Source of the DNA: Acidiferrobacterales bacterium
GTDB taxonomy: Bacteria > Pseudomonadota > Gammaproteobacteria > Acidiferrobacterales > DATGVQ01
Reading direction: 5' to 3'
DNA: 64,000 nt
Assembly: GCA_035300145.1 (NCBI GenBank)
Contig: DATGVQ010000159.1
Span: 73 to 64,072 of the forward strand
Shown here: positions 45,307-53,605 of the stretch, one piece after another
Position numbering within the stretch: the stretch's first letter is position 1
Layout of the letters: the number at the start of each line of letters is the position of its first letter
Program-made: the position numbers and the translations under genes
Notes under the pieces: generated by a model
Database searches by the model: none
Told to the model about the DNA's origin: nothing
What the model saw: only the letters and a program-made list of their open reading frames with translations

Positions 45307-45829
45307 GATAATACTTCAATTCAGCGATGGATTCCAAGATGTCGTCCAGCGCCTTATGGGTATTCTTTTTTTCAAAGCCGTCGTCAATCTCCGGCTTCCA
45401 GCGGCGGACCAACTCTTTTAAAGTGCTCACATCTAAATTGCGGTAATGCACCCAATTTTCGAGTTGCGGCATCAAGCGGGATAGAAACCGCCGGTCCTGA
45501 CAAATGCTGTTGCCGCATAACGGCGATTTATTTTTCGGCACGAACGGCCGGATAAACTCCAGCGTCTGCCGTTCCACGTCAGCCGTGCTGAGGGTCGACG
45601 CCTTGACCCGCTCGACCAGGCCGCTGGCGCTATGGGTGCGCCTATTCCAGTCATCCATCGCCGCCAATACCTCATCGGGCTGATGGATCGCCAATACCGG
45701 CCCTTGCGCCACGATATTTAGCTCGCTGTCGGTGATTATCGTGGCAATCTCAAGGATATGATCGGTATTCGGATCCAGCCCGGTCATTTCAAGGTCGATC
45801 CATACCAAGGCATTCGGATCTTGCGGCAT
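45287..45829 (-). CDS. orn: Oligoribonuclease
   Basis: 180 aa ([13 protein letters not shown]... DEDDh exonuclease). Confidence 0.96.
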   Translation of the reverse strand: MPQDPNALVWIDLEMTGLDPNTDHILEIATIITDSELNIVAQGPVLAIHQPDEVLAAMDDWNRRTHSASGLVERVKASTLSTADVERQTLEFIRPFVPKNKSPLCGNSICQDRRFLSRLMPQLENWVHYRNLDVSTLKELVRRWKPEIDDGFEKKNTHKALDDILESIAELKYYREHFFK

Positions 45830-45881
45830 GATTCTTCTCCAGGTAGCTTATTTTCGGCTGCGTCATGATAGCATTATCATT

Positions 45882-47126
45882 ATGAATAGTTTTACCTTCC
45901 TATTCGTATCCCTGCTTGCGCTCATGCTCTTAGTCCGGGTATGGCTGGCGCAGCGCCATATCCTCCACGTGGTAAAACATCGCGCGGCGGTGCCGGAGGC
46001 GTTTAAGGAAAAAATCCCGCTCTCGGCGCATACAAAAGCCGCGGATTACACGGTGGCGAAAACCAGCTTCGGCATCCTGGAAACCGGGGTCAGCGGTTTG
46101 CTGTTAGTATTGTGGACCTTGGGTGGCGGCCTGGACTTCCTCGATCACCTGTGGCGCAGCCTACACTTGGGGCCGCTCGCCACCGGCACCGCCTTTATCC
46201 TGAGCGTATTCCTTATTATGGGCCTGCTCGACCTGCCGTTCGAGCTGTATCAAACCTTCGTGATCGAGCAGCGTTTCGGCTTTAATAAAACCGGCGCCAA
46301 AACTTTTATTACCGACCTCATGAAAAAACTGCTGCTCTCGGCGCTGATCGGCGTCCCGCTGCTGTTGGCGGTGCTATGGCTGATGCAGGAAATGGGCGCG
46401 CGCTGGTGGCTTTATGTCTGGATGCTCTGGACCGCCTTCAGCTTGAGCTTGCTGTGGGCTTATCCCGCCCTGATCGCGCCGCTGTTCAATAAGTTCCGGC
46501 CGTTGGCAAAAGAAACCCTGGTGACCCGCATCCAGTCATTGCTGGAACGCACCGGCTTCAAGAGCCGCGGCGTGTTTGTCATGGACGGTTCGCGCCGCTC
46601 GGCACACGGCAACGCCTATTTCACCGGCCTCGGGCGCAACAAGCGCATTGTATTTTTCGACACCCTGCTCGATAGCCTCAATGAATCTGAAATTGAAGCG
46701 GTGCTCGCGCACGAGCTCGGCCATTTCAAACGCCGGCATGTCATAAAACGTATGCTGCTGATGTTCGGCATGAGTTTTCTCGGCCTCGCCCTGCTCGGCT
46801 GGCTGATGCAACAAGCGTGGTTTTATACCGGCCTCGGGGTTTCGCAGCCCTCGACCTACGCGGCGCTCGTGTTATTCCTCATGGTCGTCCCGGTATTTAC
46901 CTTCTTCCTGCATCCACTGATGGCGTGGGGTTCGCGCAGGCACGAGTTCGAGGCGGATGCCTTCGCCGCCGAGCAGTCCGATGCGCACGCTTTAGCCAAT
47001 GCCCTGGTCAAGCTCTACGAGGAGAATGCCAATACCTTGACGCCCGACCCGTTGCACTCGGCATTTTACGATTCCCACCCGCCGGCGGCGCGGCGCATCG
47101 CGCAATTGCAGGCCTTGGCCGGATGA
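45882..47126 (+). CDS. M48-family (Ste24/HtpX-like) membrane metalloprotease
   Basis: HELGHFKRRH motif and multiple TM helices. Start taken at MNSFTFLFVSLL...; the track start overlaps orn. Confidence 0.88.
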   Translation: MNSFTFLFVSLLALMLLVRVWLAQRHILHVVKHRAAVPEAFKEKIPLSAHTKAADYTVAKTSFGILETGVSGLLLVLWTLGGGLDFLDHLWRSLHLGPLATGTAFILSVFLIMGLLDLPFELYQTFVIEQRFGFNKTGAKTFITDLMKKLLLSALIGVPLLLAVLWLMQEMGARWWLYVWMLWTAFSLSLLWAYPALIAPLFNKFRPLAKETLVTRIQSLLERTGFKSRGVFVMDGSRRSAHGNAYFTGLGRNKRIVFFDTLLDSLNESEIEAVLAHELGHFKRRHVIKRMLLMFGMSFLGLALLGWLMQQAWFYTGLGVSQPSTYAALVLFLMVVPVFTFFLHPLMAWGSRRHEFEADAFAAEQSDAHALANALVKLYEENANTLTPDPLHSAFYDSHPPAARRIAQLQALAG

Positions 47127-47148
47127 CTTTAATAAAAAGGAGATAATC

Positions 47149-47466
47149 ATGCGCAAACTTTTCCTTGCCGTATGCATAGTCCTGATCTCCACCCACCTGC
47201 CTTTTAATGCACGAGCGGCCGAGATGTTGTTAGGCGATGCCGCTAAGGGCAAAAAACTGCACGACGCCAAATGCGCCGCCTGCCACCAGCAGCTCTACAG
47301 CGGCGATGGCTCCGGGATATACACCCGCGACGACCGGAACATTCATACCATCGAAGGGCTGATCGGCCAGGTCAACGGCTGCAATCAGCGCGTTAACGCC
47401 CATCTTTCCGGCGACGATGTCAATGATGTAGTGAAGTACTTGAACGAAACGTACTACAAATTTTAA
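47149..47466 (+). CDS. Small secreted c-type cytochrome (single CXXCH)
   Basis: 105 aa with a signal peptide (..PFNARA|AE), heme motif KCAACH and a strong SD AAGGAG upstream. No Met C-terminal to the heme motif. Confidence 0.8.
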   Translation: MRKLFLAVCIVLISTHLPFNARAAEMLLGDAAKGKKLHDAKCAACHQQLYSGDGSGIYTRDDRNIHTIEGLIGQVNGCNQRVNAHLSGDDVNDVVKYLNETYYKF

Positions 47467-47477
47467 GGAAACAAGTT

Positions 47478-47813
47478 ATGACGGACCTCACGCAAAAATC
47501 CTGCAAGCCCTGCGAGGGCGGCGTAACAGCCCTCAACCGCAAACAAGCGGAAGAGCTGTTAAAACAAACGCCCGGCTGGTCGTTAAATCCCAAGGCCACG
47601 GAAATCAGCCGCACCTACAACTTTAAAAATTATTACGAAACCATGGCGTTCGCCAACGCCCTCGCCTGGATCGCCCACCGCGAGGACCACCATCCCGACA
47701 TGGAGATCGGCTACAAGCGCTGTCATGTGCGCTTTAGCACGCATGCGATCGGCGGCTTGTCGGAGAATGATTTTATCTGCGCGGCGAAGATTAATGCTTT
47801 ATTAGGCGAGTAG
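47478..47813 (+). CDS. Pterin-4a-carbinolamine dehydratase (PCD/DCoH)
   Basis: 111 aa with the conserved HHPDMEIGYKRCHVRFSTH block. Confidence 0.92.
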   Translation: MTDLTQKSCKPCEGGVTALNRKQAEELLKQTPGWSLNPKATEISRTYNFKNYYETMAFANALAWIAHREDHHPDMEIGYKRCHVRFSTHAIGGLSENDFICAAKINALLGE

Positions 47814-47831
47814 AGTGCGCTACGCGCTGTC

Positions 47832-48345
47832 TTAACTTCTAATAGCGGTTCCCGCACCGCGGGCGAGACCCGCACATTGCAGTTTAGCCGCGCGCAGCGC
47901 GTCCATATCTTGCTTAATAGCGTTTAAGGTGCGCACAGCGCACCCTACGATTTGTTTTAAGGGTTTTCCCCCCTTCAGTCGCGCCGAGCACCGGCCAATC
48001 CTGCGCGGTAGGGACCGCGCGTTGGCCGCAGCACATGAATGTGCTGTCGGCCAACTCCCTCGACGACCGAGGAGCGGCCGCTCTCGCGCATCCCTGCGCT
48101 CCACGGCACTTGTGCTCCTGCACATCGCAGGTACCGCGAAGTTTGGCCATTCTCGCCCATCCATGGGCTTCGCGGCATTCGCACATCCTGTGCAGCACGG
48201 CGCGAATGCGGGGTGCGCTTTCTTTGGTTACTTGCTTTGCGCAAACAAAGAAAGTAACCCGCCCGCGATGCACAAGGACGTGCAAGTGTCGCGGGAGGCA
48301 GGATGCCGATAGCGACCGGTGCGGGGAACCACTATTAGCAGTTAA
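47832..48345. mobile_element. 514-bp non-coding element bounded by imperfect terminal inverted repeats of about 28 bp (MITE-like)
   Basis: Left end TTAACTTCTAATAGCGGTT-CCCGCACCG (47832-47859). The reverse complement of the right end (48345-48317) is TTAACTGCTAATAGTGGTTCCCCGCACCG, giving 2 mismatches and 1 indel. The outermost TTAA is present on both sides. The interior is a mosaic of REP hairpin and repeat modules with no credible ORF. Confidence 0.65.
47928..47949 (+). repeat. REP hairpin (GGTGCGC-aca-GCGCACCCTACG)
   Basis: Same family as 40777-40798 and 51380-51404. Confidence 0.75.
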
Positions 48346-48471
48346 ACCCGCGCGCAGCGCGGCTCCTCTACGTTGACAACGGAATTACCGGTTATATGCT
48401 TATTTAAAGAGCGCCAGCGTTTTTAATGCAAAAGCGGGCAGTTTCAAACATCTAACAGAGGAGAAGACATC

Positions 48472-49032
48472 ATGAAACATAGAGTCTGCCTTGCAGCACT
48501 ACTAATGGCGGTGATGCTCACGGGATGTGCCACCGGTTACGGCCCCAAGGGAATGACGGGGGGCTATGAGGAACAACAGATAGATGATAGCAGCTATCGG
48601 GTAAGCTTCTACGGCAACGGCAATACGGACAAAGATAAGGTCTGGAACTACTGGATGTACCGCTGTGCCGAGCTGACCAAGATCAAAGGTTTCGATTTCT
48701 TTAATCTGATTGTAGAAAAGAAAAAGACAGGCGCGATCCCTAGCGACGATGGCTTGCGCCCGGCCAACCTGCGGTACGGGGAGGAAGGAAGGCTGATTAA
48801 GACGGCGGGTTATTATTATTATACGCCCGGCAGTACTTATACTATAACCACCTATCACTCGAGCGCGATTGTCAAGATGTATCGCAATCCCCTGCCGCCT
48901 GACGTGAAATTTGCGCTGAAGGCGCAGTTGGTGCTCGATGCCTTAAAACCCTATGTCGAATCCAGTGGAAAGGAACCCGCGCCGAAACGAGACGAGATCA
49001 TCGGTAAAGCGATGGTAAAAGGCTCCCCATAA
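48472..49032 (+). CDS. Lipoprotein of unknown function
   Basis: 186 aa with lipobox LTGC and SD GAGGAG upstream. No catalytic motif recognised. Confidence 0.8.
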   Translation: MKHRVCLAALLMAVMLTGCATGYGPKGMTGGYEEQQIDDSSYRVSFYGNGNTDKDKVWNYWMYRCAELTKIKGFDFFNLIVEKKKTGAIPSDDGLRPANLRYGEEGRLIKTAGYYYYTPGSTYTITTYHSSAIVKMYRNPLPPDVKFALKAQLVLDALKPYVESSGKEPAPKRDEIIGKAMVKGSP

Positions 49033-49223
49033 CTTACGCCCGGTAGCGACCGATGCACAGGGATGTGCAGGAATCACAATAAAGTTAAGTGCGACATCAG
49101 GGTCAATGGTGAAACAGGGAAGGGATCACGAACTACGGTAAAGAAACCCAGAAGAACACTTGAAAATTTAAGCGGGATGTTCAGACTCGAATTATGAGAT
49201 GAGATCTCAGGATCGGAGTTGAT

Positions 49224-49433
49224 TTTTCCCCGTCGGAGCTCGCCGAGCACCGGAGCGCAGCTGGGGGCGGTTAAGCGAGCACTGTCTGAGCGCGTGGCGC
49301 CGTAGGCGATCGCGCGAGTTGCGGCCGCTCTCGCGCATCTCGGCAACCGCTCCCTGCGTTGCCCTACCTTCCCACATCCCTGTGGGTCGCCTGCGCTCCG
49401 CGGCATTCGTACATCCTGTACAGCACAGCGCGA
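49224..49433 (+). repeat. Mosaic repeat, copy Y (modules d-b-c)
   Basis: Colinear with 47964-48205. cgccgagcaccgg is 13/13 identical (49241-49253 vs 47982-47994). gcggccgctctcgcgcatc is 19/19 identical (49321-49339 vs 48074-48092). cgcggcattcgNacatcctgtNcagcacNgcgcga is 32/35 identical (49399-49433 vs 48171-48205). Confidence 0.8.
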
Positions 49434-49474
49434 CCCTTATTTAAGTCGCCGCGCCAGCGCGCCCTTTACAACTA

Positions 49475-50053
49475 CTACTGGCGAGAACGTTTCTTCTTGC
49501 CCCCTTGGAAATGACGCGCAATTGCCACTATAAAAGCAATTGCGATCAAGCTCGCGGCTGCAATTAACGGGGACGATGATGATGCCGCCGCCGCCGCGGC
49601 TTGTTGTACGCAGTTAACCAAAGCCACAGAAAACACAATTACGGTTGGAATTAATGCGGCTTGGATAATAAATGCGCCAAGGATGACGTACATCGGCGCC
49701 CCCCCTGCCCAAGGAATCCAAGCGATGCCGGCCGCAGCAAAACACGCGGCTGCCTGAATGCCTAAAACCGTAAGGAGCCCGGCAAGGGCATTTAAAAGAT
49801 TGGATAGCGCGCCGGCACAGGCGGGCGGCGCGCCCATGCATTGAAAGTAGCTCTCAACTAAAACCCTTGCGGCAATAAGCGAACCAATGGCGGCAAGCGT
49901 AAGGCCTCCGGCGGTTATCATTGCCGCGGGGGACGCGGGCGCAGAGAAAAAACCGTTATTTAATACGGCGGCCACTATTACTGCGGCAATAGCGCCTGCA
50001 ATAAATGCCCCTGCTGTGCCTAAGAGAATTTGAAACGACGACAGATCACACAT
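49475..50053 (-). CDS. Ala/Gly/Cys-rich polytopic membrane protein, family not recognised
   Basis: 192 aa with about 5-6 hydrophobic segments, five Cys and a basic C-terminal tail GGKKKRSRQ. Codon pattern looks host-like. No motif I can place. Confidence 0.6.
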   Translation of the reverse strand: MCDLSSFQILLGTAGAFIAGAIAAVIVAAVLNNGFFSAPASPAAMITAGGLTLAAIGSLIAARVLVESYFQCMGAPPACAGALSNLLNALAGLLTVLGIQAAACFAAAGIAWIPWAGGAPMYVILGAFIIQAALIPTVIVFSVALVNCVQQAAAAAASSSSPLIAAASLIAIAFIVAIARHFQGGKKKRSRQ

Positions 50054-50175
50054 TGGACAACATCCCTTTTTCTGATTAGCGAAATAAACCCTGCTATAGC
50101 GTGTTACAGCATTTCCGCGCTGTCAAGCGCTTTTATGCCCGCACGATGTAGCGGGCACGAACCGCATATTTAAAT

Positions 50176-51351
50176 TTAAGTCGGCGCGTCAACGCGCCCC
50201 ACTACTAACGGCGAAATCGCCCACCGCTGCATCGGAATAAACCCCACTGCCAACATCAGCGTCAGCGTGCCCCAGATATAAAACGCATTCGTTAAACCGA
50301 AGGTATCGGCCAAGATACCCATGAACAGCGGCGTGGTGAGATGCGACAAGCTCCAGCCTAAGCCGCCTAACGCAAGCGCGGAGCCGCGGTTGGAGGACGT
50401 GCTGATGTCGCTCACGAGGATCTGATAATAAAGCGTCATCACGCCGGAGCTGACGCCGACACCGAGCAGGAAGAGACCAACCACAATGACGTTGTTGAAT
50501 AGAGGCATAAATCCGATCGCGGCGGCGATGCCGATCATCGATATCAGAGGCAAGGCGCGGCGGGAGGTGGATTTGATATATCTGGCCACCAGTAATCCGG
50601 CGGTCACGGCGCCGAGCGCGCGCAACGCGAGCAGCGAACCGGTTGTTTGCGAGGCAAGGCCAAATTCAGTGAGCAGGATGGGATAGAACGACTGGCCGAG
50701 TGAAATCGGCAACGCGGAGACATAGGCGCACAGGATGGCGAAATAAACCGTGCGGCCCCGCAGCAAATGAATAAAATTGGATAAGAATCGTACCGGACGA
50801 TGATCACCGCTTGGCGCTCCTAATGGCGAGCGGGCCCCCAGCAGAAACGAGATTATCCCCATGAAGGTTAACGCCAGAAACGCGATTTGAAACCCAAACT
50901 GCGCAAGCAAAAATCCGGCGATGATGGTACCGCTGATTTGGCCGATATTGGAAGACGCGTTGAGTCGCCCGAGCTGGACGCGGCCTTGAGGAAGATTGCT
51001 GGCGATGGTCTGCGACGACGGCCAGTATGTAGCGCGCGAAATTACCAGCAATAACTGCCCCAACAATAGCGGGGGAAAACTATGCGCAAAACAAAATACC
51101 AGGCCGGCACAGGACATCGCGGTAAACGAAAACAGCATCATGATGCGGCCGCCCAAGCGGTCGGTAAACGCGCCGCCGGCTAAGCTAAACAGGATCTGGA
51201 TGACGACCGGGATGCCGATCAGGCTTCCGATCGCGAAGCCGGACATATTGAGCTGATGCGCATAGAGCGGGACCACCATCATCGATACCCCGAACGCAAA
51301 GTTCCAGGTATAACATCCGACGAAAAAGGGTATAGGCGAAGCGCTAGACAT
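50176..51351 (-). CDS. MFS transporter
   Basis: 391 aa with 12 hydrophobic spans and a motif-A-like GGAFTDRLGGR. Confidence 0.85.
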   Translation of the reverse strand: MSSASPIPFFVGCYTWNFAFGVSMMVVPLYAHQLNMSGFAIGSLIGIPVVIQILFSLAGGAFTDRLGGRIMMLFSFTAMSCAGLVFCFAHSFPPLLLGQLLLVISRATYWPSSQTIASNLPQGRVQLGRLNASSNIGQISGTIIAGFLLAQFGFQIAFLALTFMGIISFLLGARSPLGAPSGDHRPVRFLSNFIHLLRGRTVYFAILCAYVSALPISLGQSFYPILLTEFGLASQTTGSLLALRALGAVTAGLLVARYIKSTSRRALPLISMIGIAAAIGFMPLFNNVIVVGLFLLGVGVSSGVMTLYYQILVSDISTSSNRGSALALGGLGWSLSHLTTPLFMGILADTFGLTNAFYIWGTLTLMLAVGFIPMQRWAISPLVVGRVDAPT

Positions 51352-51379
51352 GAAGCTTAAATCAAAAAAGAGAAATCAT

Positions 51380-51404
51380 GTAGGCAGGGTGCGCCGCGCG
51401 CACC
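51380..51404 (-). repeat. REP hairpin (inverted orientation)
   Basis: GTAGGCAGGGTGCGC-cgc-GCGCACC, between amt and the MFS gene. Confidence 0.7.
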
Positions 51405-51424
51405 ATCGACCATATTAATGTGCC

Positions 51425-52624
51425 TTACCGGGTATCTTCTTCCGGATTGGCAGTGATCTTATGGATGGCGAGATCCGCCCCCTGGAATTCCTCCTCCTCG
51501 CTCAGGCGTATGCCTATCATCGATTTTAATACACCGTAGATGATATACCCGGCAATGACGGCGATGGCGACGCCGCCCAGGATGCCAAGGAGCTGCGCCA
51601 GGAAAGAGACCCCGCCTAGGCCGCCGAACATTTGCGCGCCGAAAATGCCACAGGCGAGTCCGCCCCACACCCCCGCAAGCCCGTGCAACGGCCATACGCC
51701 CAGCACGTCGTCGATCTTCCAGCGGGATTGGGTAAGGGAAAATGCGACGACAAATAACACGCCCGCGACCGCGCCGATAATTAATCCGCCGACCGGATGC
51801 ACCACATCGGAGCCGGCACAGATGGCGACCAATCCAGCCAGGGCGCCGTTGTGGATGAATCCCGGATCGTTTTTGCCGGCGATGAGTGCGCCGAGCACAC
51901 CGCCGACCATCGCCATCAACGAGTTAATCGCGACCAGCCCGGTGATTTTGTCCAAACTCTGGGCGCTCATGACATTGAACCCAAACCAGCCGACCACCAG
52001 AATCCACGAACCCAACGCCAGGAAGGGAATATTCGACGGCGGCATTTGCTGGGATATTTTGCCGTCCTTGGTGTAACGCCCGCTGCGCGGCCCCAGCATC
52101 ATAACCGCGGTGAGCGCCAGCCAACCGCCCATCGCATGCACTACGGCGGAACCGGAGAAATCGTGAAATTTCGCGCCGAAACTGGATTCAAGCAACTCCT
52201 GCACGCCGAATTTTTCTCCCCACATAATGCCTTCATAGAATGGGTAGATAAAAGCGACAATCAACGCCGAGGCGATGAGTTGCGGCCAGAAACGCGCGCG
52301 TTCGGCGATACCGCCGGAAATGATCGCCGGCACCGCGGCGGCGAAGGTCAGCAGGAAAAAGAACCGCGCCAATTCATAACCGTTTTTCGCCGCCAGCGCC
52401 GGCGCGGGTGAAAAAAAGTTCACGCTATAAGCAACGGCATAACCGATAAAAAAGTAAGCGACGGTGGATATGGCGAAACCAGCGATGATTTTGACTAGTG
52501 CATTGACCTGGTTCTTTTTACGCACGCTGCCAAGTTCGCGAAAGGCGAATCCCGCATGCATGGCCAACACCATCGCGGCGCCCATCATAATGAAAAAGAC
52601 ATCGGCTCCAGTACTTGTTTGCAC
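51425..52624 (-). CDS. amt: Ammonium transporter (Amt family)
   Basis: 399 aa, 11-TM Amt pattern. GTG start preceded by GGGAGGAG with a 6-nt spacer. Confidence 0.93.
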   Translation of the reverse strand: MQTSTGADVFFIMMGAAMVLAMHAGFAFRELGSVRKKNQVNALVKIIAGFAISTVAYFFIGYAVAYSVNFFSPAPALAAKNGYELARFFFLLTFAAAVPAIISGGIAERARFWPQLIASALIVAFIYPFYEGIMWGEKFGVQELLESSFGAKFHDFSGSAVVHAMGGWLALTAVMMLGPRSGRYTKDGKISQQMPPSNIPFLALGSWILVVGWFGFNVMSAQSLDKITGLVAINSLMAMVGGVLGALIAGKNDPGFIHNGALAGLVAICAGSDVVHPVGGLIIGAVAGVLFVVAFSLTQSRWKIDDVLGVWPLHGLAGVWGGLACGIFGAQMFGGLGGVSFLAQLLGILGGVAIAVIAGYIIYGVLKSMIGIRLSEEEEFQGADLAIHKITANPEEDTR

Positions 52625-52679
52625 GGCTGACTCCTCCCGAAACTATTAGTGGTAAATTTGCTGAATTATGCTTATTGAA

Positions 52680-53273
52680 TCAAGTCTCGCGCCGCCCGCT
52701 TACCGCGCGCGCCAGCGTTCCGCGGTCAATATATTCCAACTCACCACCGACCGGAACGCCGTAGGCGATGCGCGTGGTCCGGATTTTATGCGCCCGCGCC
52801 AATTCGCCGATATAATGCGCCGTGGCTTCCCCTTCCACCGTCGGGTTAGTGGCAAGAATAACTTCCTTGATTTGCTGCGTATCGAACAGATGTTCCAGCC
52901 GGGCGATGCCTAATTCATCCGGGCCGATGCCGTCGAGCGGCGATAAATGCCCCATCAACACAAAATACATACCGTTATAGGCCGCAGACTGCTCCAAGGA
53001 AACCAGATCGGCGGTGGATTCGACCACGCACAATAAACTCGCGTCGCGGCGCTCGGAACTGCAAATCCCGCAAATCTCCTGTTCGCTGAAATTATTGCAG
53101 CGCCGGCAATGGCGCACGCGTTCTAGCGCGTTCTGCAGCGCCTCGGCGATTTGGCGCGCGCCTTCGCGGTCGCGCCCAAGTAAATGCAGCGCCATGCGCT
53201 GGGCCGACTTCGGGCCGATGCCCGGCAGTTTACGCAGCGCCTGCTTTAAGTCTTCGATCGCGGAATCGGTCAT
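52680..53273 (-). CDS. recR: Recombination protein RecR
   Basis: 197 aa with a C4 zinc finger ([16 protein letters not shown]) and Toprim domain. Confidence 0.97.
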   Translation of the reverse strand: MTDSAIEDLKQALRKLPGIGPKSAQRMALHLLGRDREGARQIAEALQNALERVRHCRRCNNFSEQEICGICSSERRDASLLCVVESTADLVSLEQSAAYNGMYFVLMGHLSPLDGIGPDELGIARLEHLFDTQQIKEVILATNPTVEGEATAHYIGELARAHKIRTTRIAYGVPVGGELEYIDRGTLARAVSGRRET

Positions 53274-53275
53274 TA

Positions 53276-53596
53276 TTAAAACGGAAGATTCAGCCCGGGG
53301 ATATTCAACCCCGAGGCCAGCCCGGCCATTTTCTCCTGGCTGGTCTTCTCCGCTCTGCGCACCGCGTCGTTCATGGCGGCGGCAAGCAAGTCCTCCAACA
53401 CTTCCTTGTCGTCTTGCATCAAACTGGGATCGATTTGCACACGCTTGACATCATGCCGGCAGGTGATGGTCACGCTGACCAGGCCGCCGCCGGCGCTGCC
53501 GGTAATCTCGATGTGCGCCAATTCTTCCTGCGCTTTGCGCAGGTTTTCCTGCATCGCCTGCGCCTGCTTCATAAGTTCACTAAGCCCGCCTTTCAT
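53276..53596 (-). CDS. ybaB: Nucleoid-associated protein YbaB/EbfC
   Basis: 106 aa, in the dnaX-ybaB-recR context. Confidence 0.95.
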   Translation of the reverse strand: MKGGLSELMKQAQAMQENLRKAQEELAHIEITGSAGGGLVSVTITCRHDVKRVQIDPSLMQDDKEVLEDLLAAAMNDAVRRAEKTSQEKMAGLASGLNIPGLNLPF

Positions 53597-53605
53597 AGTT
53601 CAACC

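Noticed and set aside
47829-48348. Possible integron attC-like cassette boundaries (a GTTAAAC core at the right end of the TIR element).
   Set aside because: The left end does not fit RYYYAAC. The inverted repeats are 500 bp apart, far larger than attC sites. No intI gene or attI is present.
47832-48376. Six overlapping ORFs of 72-127 aa on both strands in the PCD-lipoprotein intergenic region.
   Set aside because: They translate REP hairpins and repeat modules, overlap each other in all frames and lack SD sequences. The region is better explained as a TIR-bounded non-coding element.
49074-49406. 110-aa minus-strand ORF between the lipoprotein gene and the membrane-protein gene.
   Set aside because: Most of it is the translation of mosaic repeat copy Y. 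It has no SD and an Arg/Ala-rich, repeat-derived composition.
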